A stretch of DNA of 63,984 nucleotides, filler included, from Octopus bimaculoides (taxonomy: Eukaryota): assembly GCF_001194135.2 (NCBI RefSeq). It is 7 parts of 5 records of this genome, joined end to end, with 100 filler letters (N's around TTAATTAATTAA, not from the genome) between each part and the next. Parts side by side here need not be neighbours in the genome. Positions count along the whole stretch, not along the records: positions 44,235 to 57,162 come from NC_068982.1; positions 57,263 to 61,339 come from NC_068986.1; positions 61,440 to 62,843 come from NW_026346717.1; positions 62,944 to 63,984 come from NC_068986.1; 3 more parts are not named here. One strand, written 5' to 3'. Made by a program: the position numbers and the translations under genes. The stretch's first letter is position 1; every line of letters begins with the position of its first letter. Below, in pieces: positions 51,526 through 63,984 of the stretch. Below the pieces are notes generated by a model. It was given only the letters and a program-made list of their open reading frames with translations. It had not been told where the DNA came from and ran no database searches.

Positions 51526-51890
51526 GGAGGCACAATGACCCAGTGGTTAGGGCAGTGGACTCGCGGTCATATAATCGCGGTTTCGATTCCCAGACCGGGC
51601 GTCGTTAGTGTTTATTGAGCGAAAATACCTAAAGCTCCACGTGGCTCCGGCAGGGGATGGTGGCGATCCCTGCTGTTCTCTTTCACAACATTCTCTCACT
51701 CTTTCTTCCTGTTTCTGCTGTTCCTGTATTTCAAAGGGCCAGTCTTGTCACGCTGAATCTCCCCGAAAACTACGTTAAGGGTATACGTGTCTGTGGAATG
51801 TTCAACCACTTGCATGTAAATTTCACGAGCAGTCTGATCCGCTGATCGGATCAACTGGAACCCTCATCATCGTAACCGATGGAGTACCAA
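51526..51890 (+). mobile_element. SINE family C, body type 1, full length
   Basis: A box TGACCCAGTGG, B box GTTTCGATTCC, type 1 body and shared tail. Confidence 0.85.
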
Positions 51891-54800
51891 GTTATTACAT
51901 ACTTATTCTTTTTGTTAGACCTTTTACTACTCAAGCATTTGACATACAACTCTCGAGCAATTTACCATATAATATTTTTCCCGATTCCTCTCTCTTTTGT
52001 TTAATTTCATTCTTGTTTCCTGTTGGTAAATCTATACACCTTGTCTGCTCTTTCGTTTCGTGAATAATTTCCAATAGTTTTATATTTATCGAAATTAAGT
52101 GAAGTTACCTTAAATCTTTATCGGCAAAGAATACTTAATTAATGCATACAGTGCTGAAATTAGTACAATTCACACTATGATAATGTTGTAGTAGAATTAG
52201 TAAAGGTAGATTGATTGTACTCAACATTGATACCGGTAAGCTATTGATACATGTAAGCTGAATTGTAAAGTGAATGGACATAATCGATCAATATAGTTAG
52301 TTCCAAGTACTGCGATATCCCTGCAGATACAATTGCAAAACTGACGCGAGTTACTAATATTATTGCAGTAAAAATAGATATTGGTTCCTCAGGGGTACTT
52401 ATAGCTTTAACTCATTGCTTCAAGTATCATTTCACTTCATTGATATAGTTAACGGGCCAACTCATTCATAGACCTAGAGTTTCGACTTAATAATATGTCT
52501 GAGATCTCAAGGTTTCAACCCATTTATACATTCAATGTTTTGAATAATTGACACATGTAACGTTTCTATTTATTGATGAAAACAGAATTTCAACACGCTG
52601 AATCAAGCAGAACTTCGAATATTACCAGAGCAAAATTAAATATTGTGACACTTACTCTTAAACTGCAAGCTCTTCCATTGTCTGTCTAATGCTATATTAC
52701 ACTTAGTTTCATATATAAGTTAGCCTTTTTAGAAAGGGAAAAGAAGTACCGATTAAATCAATTTTGGGTATATGTCTAATCGAACGCAGAATGAATTAAA
52801 TCTTAGCATTTGATCAAAATTAAAGATACGATAAAACTCAGATGTGTTTCACAAAGGAATACTGCTTTCAAATTTGGTGCTGGTACTGCTGACACGGAAA
52901 TTCTAAGCTGCATAAAGAAGAAAGCTGCTTACCAGACTGGCATAAAGTGAGCACCGAGTATTTGCCATCAAAGAATGATCTGATGTTCGAGACTCTAACT
53001 ACATTAATCCGATCTCTTTGATTTCCCGAGAACTACATGGCCTCTGCGCCTTGGAGATAGCTGAGAATATGCTGCCTTCACTGAAGCATTTTCGATCTGC
53101 CCCTCTCTTCTTCCATTCTCACCCTTTTAGTCCCAGTAAGTAAAGAAAAAAGACATTCAATTAATAAGGCATTTTCCGACTTTCTTCACGTCCCCTGCTA
53201 TGTTAACACATGTTGCAGTTCATCCCACGTTCCCGACTGTTATCAGCAATTTAACATGAATAATGTGTGCATCTCCTATAATACTACTCTAGTTGTCGCC
53301 TAGTTGAAGACTACTCTAGTTGTTGCCTACAAAATTTTAATTTTCGAAGAATTAAACAATATTGTTTTATAGTAATATTTTAACACAAACCTGGAGTGCT
53401 ATTAAAATATGTAGGAGACTCTGACAGCATTTTGATTTGCACTTCATGAATGTTCAATTTATGTGCGATAGAAATACCCAAGAGAAAAGTACAAGTATTA
53501 TCCCTTGTTCTTTTACCATTCCTTTGGGCGCATTATAGAGGAATCAATATCTATTTTTATTAAAATAAAGTTACTAACCCGTGTCTGTTTGCATTTTTGT
53601 ATGGAGGGATATAGCAGTACTTGAGACTAAGTACATTGATCAATTGTGTCCATTAACTTTACAATTCAACTTTTACAGCCACAATATAAAATATGAATTA
53701 TAAGATAGCAATCGACTCGTCTTTGATCTTCGGTTCTGGCAAGTCCGTGACGGATAATAATGATAAAGACTTAAAAGCCAATTTAGCAAGATTTAATGAA
53801 CCGAAATTTACGCAAAACAGATAAGGAAAATCCTTATAATTATATTCCAATCAGTCGAACATCAAGTGTAAATGATTCTAGGAAACGCTTCCCACATTTA
53901 GGTTTTATTTAAAGTTATATCGATCAGTTCAAAGTATTCCTGTCATTTTAGAATACTATATTTCTATACAGTGTTTATTTCACATGAAAATTAAATTATT
54001 CAATTACAAATCTTCATTCTTAAGTTATCTGATAACCTTTATAGTGATGTTATATCTATTAACGTATCAACTGATATTTGACATTGTGGGACATAGAGGA
54101 AATCAATAGATCAGCACAGATTATACGATCTGCTGCTTCTCGAGATAAGTAGTTTTAATTTTCCTTGACCATTCGTTTATATGCTTAACATTTATTCACT
54201 CCGTTTCTTTGTTGCATAAGTTCACACATGTTTACGCCCACACACATACACAAAGGTGCATACACAAACATATTATAAGTTATAAAAGTTATGTTAACTG
54301 GGACTTAAATCCTGGCGATTTATTCAACGATTCAATGGCTGAATAAAATGCAAGGCGGATTTTAATGTCTCAATCAACACGAATTTTATGATAAACCGGA
54401 GTCTACTTTCAGTATGGAGTCTCTCGCATTAGTGAATGGTCCGTTGCGAATTATAAACTTGTTTTAAATAATCTTAATTTAACACATACGCACACACATA
54501 ACTATGTATATGTTTATGATTGCTTGCATGGATATAATGTGAAGGAGCAATACCTAGTGATAATCGTTTTCTGTTGACAAACGTAGGTCGTAGTTTCTGT
54601 TCCCAGCCTGGATAACATGTTTTATAATTTAGTAAATCCCTTTATTTTTCAATAATTTCAACCTAAATTGATGAAAAAAAAATTCCAGCCCCGTGCTTCT
54701 GCAATCTATTCCCTTCCAATTTCCATATATTTGTTGTCCCGCTTGTTCAAGAAATTAAGAGGTGTGTGCGAATTTATGAATGCTCGGGAGTATTTAAACA

Positions 54801-54902
54801 TTTAGAACAATTAGCGAAAACATAGTTCGCACCACCAATGGTATTATTTCATACGCACTTGAGAGTGACGATTTAGTCCAGACACACACACACATACACA
54901 CA

Positions 54903-54997
<95 letters not shown>

Positions 54998-55369
54998 GCA
55001 TGTACATTTATATAAAAAGGTGTGCATGAGCTAACACATTTACGTCGAAATCATATTGTACGTTTCCATAATGATAGGTAATATTTTCTTATTGCACCAT
55101 AAACTTTCATTTCGAGGAATACCGTTCCTATGAATTATAACAGCAGAATACATTCTGACACCATCTTTTCAATGAATTCGTTTAAATAACGCGTACATTA
55201 TCATTGCTTCCTTCACGATACGTCTTCGAAAACTTCTATTTGTTACCAAATTAACCCAAAAAAAAATTAGGACACAAAAAAAATCATTGCGTTAAACTCA
55301 TGCAAAGACATGTCTTCAATATATCAATATGTGCAGGTAAATATTTAGACGCATGCAACATACATGCGT

Positions 55370-55371
<2 letters not shown>

Positions 55372-55459
<88 letters not shown>

Positions 55460-55999
55460 GGTGGNNNNNNNNNNNNNNNNNNNNNNNNNNNNNNNNNNNN
55501 NNNNNNNNNNNNNNNNNNNNNNNNNNNNNNNNNNNNNNNNNNNNNNNNNNNNNNNNNNNNNNNNNNNNNNNNNNNNNNNNNNNNNNNNNNNNNNNNNNNN
55601 NNNNNNNNNNNNNNNNNNNNNNNNNNNNNNNNNNNNNNNNNNNNNNNNNNNNNNNNNNNNNNNNNNNNNNNNNNNNNNNNNNNNNNNNNNNNNNNNNNNN
55701 NNNNNNNNNNNNNNNNNNNNNNNNNNNNNNNNNNNNNNNNNNNNNNNNNNNNNNNNNNNNNNNNNNNNNNNNNNNNNNNNNNNNNNNNNNNNNNNNNNNN
55801 NNNNNNNNNNNNNNNNNNNNNNNNNNNNNNNNNNNNNNNNNNNNNNNNNNNNNNNNNNNNNNNNNNNNNNNNNNNNNNNNNNNNNNAAAGAAAAGCTCTA
55901 CAGTTGTATTTGTCCCCTCTGTCTGCAGCCCTGTGTGGCTAATAAAAGAAAGTTATCTATCTATCTGTCTGCTTGCCTGTCTGTCTATCTATCTGCCTG

Positions 56000-56063
<64 letters not shown>

Positions 56064-56065
56064 CT
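55372..56065 (+). repeat. (CTAT)n microsatellites on both sides of a gap
   Basis: Directly visible. Confidence 0.95.
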
Positions 56066-57126
56066 TGTCTGTCTGACTGTCTGTCTACCTTTCTATGTAT
56101 CTATAAATATAAATATGTGTATATACATATGTACATTTACGGAAGCATACATGTAAAGCTGCATATAGCCATAATCTATATATGCATATATGTGTGGATG
56201 CAGGCGTACATTCCCCTTCATGTGTGTGAGTGAGATGATAGGAAACATGATGTGGGAGTTCCCATCGTTTATTTGAAGGAAAATATTTGTTCCTTCCTAA
56301 TGTTATTCTTTGTAAACCTTATATAAGTTTCTGATTGTATTCGCATACTGTTTAATTTAGAACTTTTTAAAAACATATTATCAAAGAAAATTTTAAGGTT
56401 TCGTAATAAAAACAACGACATTAATCCTTTTTGTATCTTGTGTCCATTCCTTGTCGTTTGTAATATTAGTTTATATACGTCATAAAAACGGATATATAAA
56501 CCTGGAAGCGAACGTCTATGTAGTCACATTATACACAATATGTTACAGAAATGTGACATTAGTTTTGAAAGTTTCCAACGTCTAATTTGCGAATAAAAAA
56601 AAATAGTGGAACGCTTTGAAAAATAATCCAATTCACATTTTCTCTATATCTGTAATTAACACAATATAAGTTATACTCACTAACTTAATCACAGTAGATT
56701 AGCATATTTCACTCAACCGAAAGTAAATAACTATCATACTTACTTCTGCAAATGTAGCTTCACAAACTTAATTACGTAAATAATCATAAACTGACAAAGA
56801 ACATATATAGAAGAAACAAAAAATAAATAAATAAAATAACATTATAGAAAAATAATAAATAGTAGAAAACATTGAAGATTTATTCTTTCGGTGATAGGAA
56901 AAGAAAAGTATTTTCTTTGATCCTGAAAACTAAGGAATTTCATGTTAGCGATAATTATCTCACTAACGAAATAAAAGATAAAAAGCAATACGAAGGAACT
57001 TATGAATTGCGCTGAAGCAAATTTGGGAAAAATATTCGCTACTAAGTTGGGGAGCGATGAAAAAGAGGATTGCAGCAAATAATAGAGATAAAGGTATCAA
57101 AAATAAGGAGTTGCTGGGTTTGTTAC

Positions 57127-57162
<36 letters not shown>

Positions 57163-57262
57163 NNNNNNNNNNNNNNNNNNNNNNNNNNNNNNNNNNNNNN
57201 NNNNNNTTAATTAATTAANNNNNNNNNNNNNNNNNNNNNNNNNNNNNNNNNNNNNNNNNNNN

Positions 57263-57329
<67 letters not shown>

Positions 57330-57358
57330 ACATGCATGTATATGTATATACAACTGAT

Positions 57359-58115
57359 CTACAGGTACGCTACAGTTAGAAAGAGAGCAGTAGACTCCCT
57401 TGGTCACAGTATACGGACACAGATCATGTGTCGGTAGCCAACTGGAAAAGATGTTTTTTCCTGAGGTTAAAAAGTAGTAACATCGTCCTACGTAGGACTA
57501 CCACTTTGCGTTGGCAAACAGACTTTACTGTACAGTACTGATATTACATATTTCTCTTTCAGAGATTTATAACTAGTTAGTTTTCTCTTTACGATATCGG
57601 CGTATGTGTGTCGCTTTCAAACTATATGCTGTGGGCAAGAGCAAGTGGCTGCTATCTCTAGCCGGTGGTTGTCCTGTACCGACGAAAGGAAATTACCCAA
57701 GAGCCATGGTCTACAGGTATCGCTACAACTAGAAAGGGAGCAGTTGACTCCATTGCTCACAGTATACGGACAAAGATCATGTGTAATTAGCCAACTGGAA
57801 AAGATGCTTCCTTGGGCTAAAAATTAGTAACATCCTCCTACGTATGACTGAAATTTCGTGTGTCGCTTTAAAACTATACACTGTGGGCAAGAGCGAGTGA
57901 CTGCTATCTCTAGCCGGCGGTTGTACTGTACCGACGAAGCGAAATTACCTACAAACCATTGGTCTACAGGTATCGCTACGGCTAGTAAAGGAGCAGTAGG
58001 CTCCTTTTTCCAGAGTATACGGACACAGATCCTGTGTCGGTTGCCAGTTGGTTTTCCGAGGCTAAAATGCAGTAACATCGTCCTACATAAGACTGCCACT
58101 TTGTGGTGGGAAATA
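57359..58115 (+). repeat. Degenerate tandem repeat with a unit of about 253 bp (3 copies)
   Basis: CTACAGGTA anchor at 57359, 57711 and 57964; CAGTATACGGACA-AGATC and AGTAACATC-TCCTAC recur in each unit. Confidence 0.85.
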
Positions 58116-58184
58116 GTTACATATATGTATATACACATACATATGCACACATATATATACACATACGTGTGTGTGTAACTAAAA

Positions 58185-58370
58185 CACGTGCTGTTGGCGT
58201 TTACTTGTCCTTCTTTGGACTTTTCCTTTTCTACTTTCCGACCAAGAGCTTTGCTCGAAACGTCAAAAGCTCTTTTTTTTATTGAGCGTCAAACTAATAC
58301 ATTCCATGTGCACATCGTCTTGTCTGTTATTGTTAAGTTTGTTGTTCGTTTATTTGAATTGACAATATAT
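58185..58370 (+). mobile_element. Repeat P2, diverged copy
   Basis: GAGCTTTGCTCGAAACGTCAAAAG...GAGCGTCAAACTAATACAT. Confidence 0.5.
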
Positions 58371-58481
58371 ATATAGCATGGGAAGACCAGATCATAGCAA
58401 CATGGCTAGGGCATATAGAAAATAGAACACAAGTGTGAGGTTTGAGTGATAATATTAATTAGTGTTCAAAATATATGTATT

Positions 58482-58940
58482 AAGTAATGGACGAAAGCAT
58501 TTAAAAAAAATTAAATTCATAGAAACCGAACAAAATCAAAGATATTAATTCTATTTTTTCCCTTTCCTTAATACTAACAAGAGCATAGTTTGAGATTTGG
58601 CTGTTATTTCTAGCAAACTGAACAACTATACAGAGCTGTTCAATTGGTTCATTTGTTGATGTGTATAAGTAAACGAAAACTAAAAGACACACACACACAC
58701 ACACACACATATAAATATATGAGTGTATGTGTGTGTATGTGTGAGTGTGCGATAATAGGTGTTGCGTGGTAGAAATAAACACAACTTTCTCTTTCTATTT
58801 TTTTGTTAAGTTAGAATTTCTGTTTTGGTTAGGATTTTTTCCAATTTCCTTTTTCTTGTGTCAAGTAATTGACGAAAGTATTTTAAAAAATTAAATTCAT
58901 GGAGCCGAACATAATCAAAAATATTAATTCTATTTTTTCC
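58482..58940 (+). repeat. Direct repeat of about 80 bp (58482-58561 and 58863-58940)
   Basis: AAGTAAT-GACGAAAG-ATTT-AAAAAATTAAATTCAT-GA--CCGAACA-AATCAAA-ATATTAATTCTATTTTTTCC occurs twice. Confidence 0.8.
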
Positions 58941-59069
58941 ATTTACTTTTTACTTTCCTGCAATATAACTAATTACCATATCCTATATATTGTATCCTTG
59001 CATTTTAGGTAAGTATTTCAGAAATATTTTCACCTTTAAAACAAAAACTGTCGAATACATTCGTATATG

Positions 59070-59283
59070 TGGAGGCGCTGCCTTAGTGGTTAGGGTGTCA
59101 GCATCATGAACGTAAGATTGTGATTTCGATTCTTGGACCGGGCGACGCATTGTGTTCTTGAGCAAAACACTTCATTTCACGTTGCTCCAGCCCACTCAGC
59201 TGGTAAAAATGAGTAACACTGCGATGGACTGGCGTCCCGTCCTGCAGGGGAACATATAATATGCCATTGAAACCGAGAAACCG
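59070..59283 (+). mobile_element. tRNA-headed SINE with CORE-like body and a different tail (type 3)
   Basis: Head and CORE-like body as in type 2, but followed by GCGATGGACTGGCGTCCCGTCC instead of the family C tail. Confidence 0.7.
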
Positions 59284-59287
59284 GTTA

Positions 59288-59339
<52 letters not shown>

Positions 59340-59871
59340 TATACGCATGCCATCAAAGTGACACTGGGGTATAAGTATACGAAGACCAATATACCCATCA
59401 TGACTACCCGTCTGATAAGGGTACACCAGGCACAGTCATCACAACCATATGTGCGTGACTTAGTGATCTTACTGGTCGGGTCCAGTTAGAACTTTATTCA
59501 AGTTGAGTAGACCATCCCACTCAAAAGGTCACTGAATAAGGTTTGTTTAAGGATGCTGAACGAAACACACATGTTTCCAGAGGTAAATTATTCAAAACCC
59601 CCAAAGAATTCCTCTCAACACATGGCTATGATGCCCACCCCAACTACTTCTGGTCATGATCAGAGATGCACATATCATCAGCAACTAAGGGACATTCTCT
59701 GCTGGTTAAGGTCAATCAACTGACAAGCAAATCTGTGGTATTGAGCAGAATACTAGTTGTATCCCTTCTTTAACACCAAGACAAAACGTACATGATAACA
59801 TTGCCAATCAGTTAAGATCAGAGAGCGAGTGCCTGGTATTGCATCAGAACATTTATTATTATAGTTGTTTA

Positions 59872-60289
59872 AGTTGGTGACCGGGCAGAATCGTTAGCAC
59901 GCGGGTAAAATGCTTAGCGGTGTTTTCTCCGTCTTTACGTTCAAATACCGTCGAGATCGACTTTGGCTTTCATCCTTTCGGAGTCGATAAAATAAGTACT
60001 AGTTGAACACTGGGATTGATGTAATTTACTCATCTCCTCCCTTAAGGAAAGCATTATTATTATTGTAGCTGTTGTTGTTATTAGACTGGAAATTTGCAGA
60101 ATCGTTACCGTGCCGGGAAAAATGCTTCGAGGCATTTGGTCCGGCTTTAGGTTCTAAGTTCAAAATCCGCTGACTTTGCCTTCCATTCTGTTGGGGTTGA
60201 TAACATAAGTACCATTTAAGCACTGGGTTAAGCAACTTAATCCCCACTTCGGAAATTGCTAGCCTTGTACGAAAATATGAAAAACTGTT

Positions 60290-60358
<69 letters not shown>

Positions 60359-60625
60359 ATTATTATTTAAGACGGTGAGATACCAGAATCCTTAGCACGC
60401 CGGACGAAATGTTTAGCGGTATTTCGCCCATCGCTACGTTCTTAGTTCAAATTCCATCGATGCCGACTTTGCCTTTTATTCTTTCGGGATCGATAAATTA
60501 ATTACCCCAAATTTCACGCATTGTTTCTATAGTAGAAAGGATTATTATTATAAGTACTAGTTACGCACTGGGGTCGATGTAATCGACTTAATCCGCACCC
60601 CACAGCCGACAAAAATTTAAAATCA
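59872..60625 (+). mobile_element. Cluster of three SINE family B copies separated by (ATT)n/(GTT)n
   Basis: Copies at about 59872-60050, 60084-60285 and 60369-60625. Confidence 0.8.
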
Positions 60626-60655
60626 TTATTATTATTATTACTATTATTGTTATTA

Positions 60656-60711
<56 letters not shown>

Positions 60712-61589
60712 GAAGTAGTTCATCAACTGTTCAACTTATGGATTGCTTACTTAATCCTTTAATCAATTCCATCATTCAATTGACTTGGCAGAGTCGTATA
60801 TGCGATCTTGTCAACGTCGTGTTTTCGATAGTTCAGGTCTGTCTCGCGAATGGCAAACAAAAAAAAAAATACAAAGATAACTATAACAGCCGCATTTCTT
60901 ATTTATTGGTAAACTTGCCTTCCCAAGATACAACATCTGTTTCAACACCAAGATTTCACATCAATAAGCTTCCAAAGCAAATACAGAGCGATATATATAT
61001 GTCTATAAATGTACATATATATATATATATGTTCGAAGGTTATAAAGGACACAGGTTTCGTGTGTCACATAGCTAGCTAGAGGCGATGGCTTCTTGGAGC
61101 TAATTCACGGCAGCTTTCGTCCTAATTTTGGGACTGCCATGTTGGCTTGGCGATAACTATTAATTTCCAGTACCGCTGCCGTAGTCTCCTTTAGAGAGAC
61201 TTAGAAATATTAATAACTCTATTTCTGAAAACCAGTGGATAGATTCCACTGAAATTAGATAAATAACCTTCGAGCAGATAGTCAGCAGCGCCGCCTGGCT
61301 AAGGCTTGGCTACTCTGCATTGACAAGGGGCAACACCCTNNNNNNNNNNNNNNNNNNNNNNNNNNNNNNNNNNNNNNNNNNNNTTAATTAATTAANNNNN
61401 NNNNNNNNNNNNNNNNNNNNNNNNNNNNNNNNNNNNNNNTCATACAATTGAAAAAACTGCATTATTTATGGGATGACCCAATACAAAATGTAACACAGTT
61501 TGGTAGACAACATGGGTTCATGAATCATTATAAGGATCTCTTTCAATGGTTCAAGGCCATGATTTAGAGAGAAATCAATAACTCTCTCT

Positions 61590-61940
61590 TTACTCTTTTA
61601 CTTGTTTCAGTCATTTGACTGTGACCATGCTGGAGCACCGCCTTTAGTCGAGCAAATTGACCCCAGGACTTATTCTTTGTAAGCCTAGTACTTATTCTAT
61701 CGGTCTCTTTTGCTGAACCATTAAGTTGTGGGGACGTAAACACAGACACACAAACATACACATATATATACATATTTACAACGGGCTTCTTTCAGTTTCC
61801 ATCTACCAAATCCACTCACAAGGCTCGGGTCAGCCTGAGGCTATAGTAGAAGACACTTGCCCAAAGTGCCATGCAGTGGGACTGAATCCGGAACCATGTG
61901 GTTGGTAAGCAAGCTACTTAACACACAGCCACTCCTGCGT
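61590..61940 (-). mobile_element. SINE family A, near full length
   Basis: Reverse complement of the full family A structure. Confidence 0.85.
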
Positions 61941-62073
61941 AACAAACTTTAAATTTTTTGTTGTCTTTGATCAGTGAGTGTTATTTCTTATTCACTGCCA
62001 TCAAGAAATCATTGAATATCTTATTTTTTCATTGAAATATTAACGACTTATCAGTCATTAGTATTTGCTGAAA

Positions 62074-62843
62074 ATGTCTCCAAAGAAATAGATTCCTGAA
62101 GCTCAAAGGTCTCAAATCATTGCATTATCAAGTGAAAGATTCTCTCAAGTTGAAATTGCAAGAAAATTGAAATGCTCAAGAAAAGATTTCCATCAAAAGG
62201 TACAATGAGAGAAATTCTTTCATAAATTGTAAACAACGAGGTTGCAAAAGGTGTACAACCACAAGGGAAGACAGGTTGCTGAAGAGGACATCACTGGTGG
62301 ATAGGAAAAACACCTCTTTTGACGTAGCTACTGAGTTTTGGGTGGCAACAAACAAAGATATATCAATTCACACAGTGAGAAGAAGAAGATTATTAGAAGC
62401 TGGATTCAAAGGATGTAAGGCCAAAAAAGATGCTGTTACTGTCTGAGGGGAACATGAAGAAGCAATTGTGTTGGGCAAAAGAGCATGAAGACTGGACTAC
62501 TGATGATGAAGTTGTTTGGTCTGATCAAAGTAACTTTGATATATGTTCTCCACATTCATTTCCACCATTTTACTAGGCATAATTGAAATTCTTACACTTT
62601 TACCAATTTTTTTATTGGATACCAAAAAGGATCAGTAATTTTTTTGATTATCTTCAGATCTTTGAAAACCCAGGAGCTGTCTATGTCCACCATAGAGTAG
62701 GGGAGGTTTATCATCCTGGATGTACAGTCCCAACAGTCAAATTTGGATTGGGAAGGGTAATTGTTTGGGGTTGCATGTTTTCTTAAGGGCCTAGAATGTT
62801 GTTCACTTGTAAGGGCAGAATGAATGCCAACACTTACACCAAC
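62074..62843 (+). pseudogene. Decayed Tc1-family transposase, interrupted by an intron-like segment and cut by a gap
   Basis: MSPKK*IPEAQRSQIIALSSERFSQVEIARKLKCSRK (HTH); TTTREDRLLKR...SIHTVRRR; WAKEHEDWT...VVWSDQSNFD | IFENPGAVYV...TVKFGLGRVIVWGCMF. Stops and frameshifts are present. Confidence 0.92.
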
Positions 62844-62950
62844 NNNNNNNNNNNNNNNNNNNNNNNNNNNNNNNNNNNNNNNNNNNNTTAATTAATTAAN
62901 NNNNNNNNNNNNNNNNNNNNNNNNNNNNNNNNNNNNNNNNNNNATATATA

Positions 62951-63270
62951 TAGTGAAGACGCGTGGTTAGGGCATTCGATTCACAATCATAAGGTGGTGA
63001 GTTCAATTGCCGGCGACGCGTTGTGTCCTTGAGCAAGACACTTTATTTCACGCTGCTCCAGTCCACTCAGCTGGCAAAAATGAGTAGTACCTGTATTTTA
63101 AAGGGCCGGCCTTGTCACACTCTGTGTCACGCTGAATCTCCCTCAGAACTACGTTAGGGCTACACGTGTCTGTGGAGTGCTCAGCCACTTGCACGTTAAT
63201 TTCACGAGCAAGCTGTTCCGTTGATCGTATCAGCTAGGACCCTCGTCGTCGTAACAGACGGAGTGCTCCT
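62951..63270 (+). mobile_element. SINE family C, CORE-like body (type 2)
   Basis: Same architecture as the copy at 41325. Confidence 0.8.
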
Positions 63271-63879
63271 TTATATAATATATATATATATATATATATA
63301 ACCTATTCCTATGATATGAATATAAGTGCATGTGCTACGATATGTATGTGTGTATAGATATGTCGGTATATATGTATACATATTGTGTGTATGAGTATAT
63401 ATATACATGTGTATGTAGATAGGCATTATGCTTATACTTTTTTTTCTATATACATTGGCGTGCTGCAGTTATATATGTGTGTAGGTACGTATCTATTTCT
63501 CTGTCACTATCACTACTCATGCGCGCGCTTGTGTGTGTGTGAGGGTAATTTGCATTTGCTTCTCACTAATTGACAAGCAGTGTTCTTATGGTGAGGTTTT
63601 CATTACTTAATTCTTACGGTGAGGTTCTCATTACTTGGTGGTTCAGCAAACAGGAACCGATATAATAAATAGATGTCTAAGAAAATAAGGACCGAAGTTA
63701 ATTTAATTGGCTATAATCTTTACATAATTCACATATGCTCTATACACGCACACAGACACACACGTACATATGATTTCATATTATGTCATAATTATGCCAC
63801 ATATAACTGAGAATGTGTATGTATGCATCTCTGTCTGTCTGTCTATATCTATCAATATATATATGTATATATATTATGT

Positions 63880-63903
63880 ATATATATATATGTGTATACA
63901 TAT

Positions 63904-63984
<81 letters not shown>
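63880..63984 (+). repeat. (TA)n microsatellite at the window end
   Basis: Directly visible. Other long tracts include (CA)n at about 3158, 10750 and 54880, (GA)n at about 17715, (GTT)n at about 60290 and (ATT)n at about 60625. Confidence 0.95.

Noticed and set aside
59345-59825. Complex segment that looks like an interspersed repeat
   Set aside because: Single copy in this window, with no termini or coding motif to classify it.
29698-62899. TTAATTAATTAA islands inside N runs (about 29698, 39022, 44179, 57207, 61384, 62888)
   Set aside because: An identical 12-mer with stops in all six frames, always embedded in gaps; an assembly spacer rather than biology.

Overview
This is an AT-rich, gap-riddled eukaryotic genomic window. 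Its SINE, LINE and microsatellite content resembles octopus (coleoid cephalopod) DNA; that assignment is from recognition, not from a search. Two convergent spliced protein-coding genes can be assembled by hand from matching splice phases. (1) On the + strand, an N-myristoylation-motif EF-hand protein (exons 10996-11084, 14418-14621, 21460-gap). (2) On the - strand, a Thr-rich mucin-like single-pass membrane protein with a CPCAC...KKISAKDDRPSS-TM C-terminal module (exons 29168-28785, 24577-24306); its upstream exons are unresolved. Most of the rest is transposon-derived: at least four SINE families, RTE LINE fragments, an R4/Dong-like element in (AAT)n, Penelope-like terminal repeats with hammerhead-ribozyme-like cores, Tc1 and hAT MITEs, a decayed intron-containing Tc1 transposase, a foldback element with telomere-like repeats, a solo-LTR-like segment, minisatellites and microsatellites. 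Most ORFs in the supplied track are translations of microsatellites or N gaps. No database search was run; repeat boundaries are approximate.
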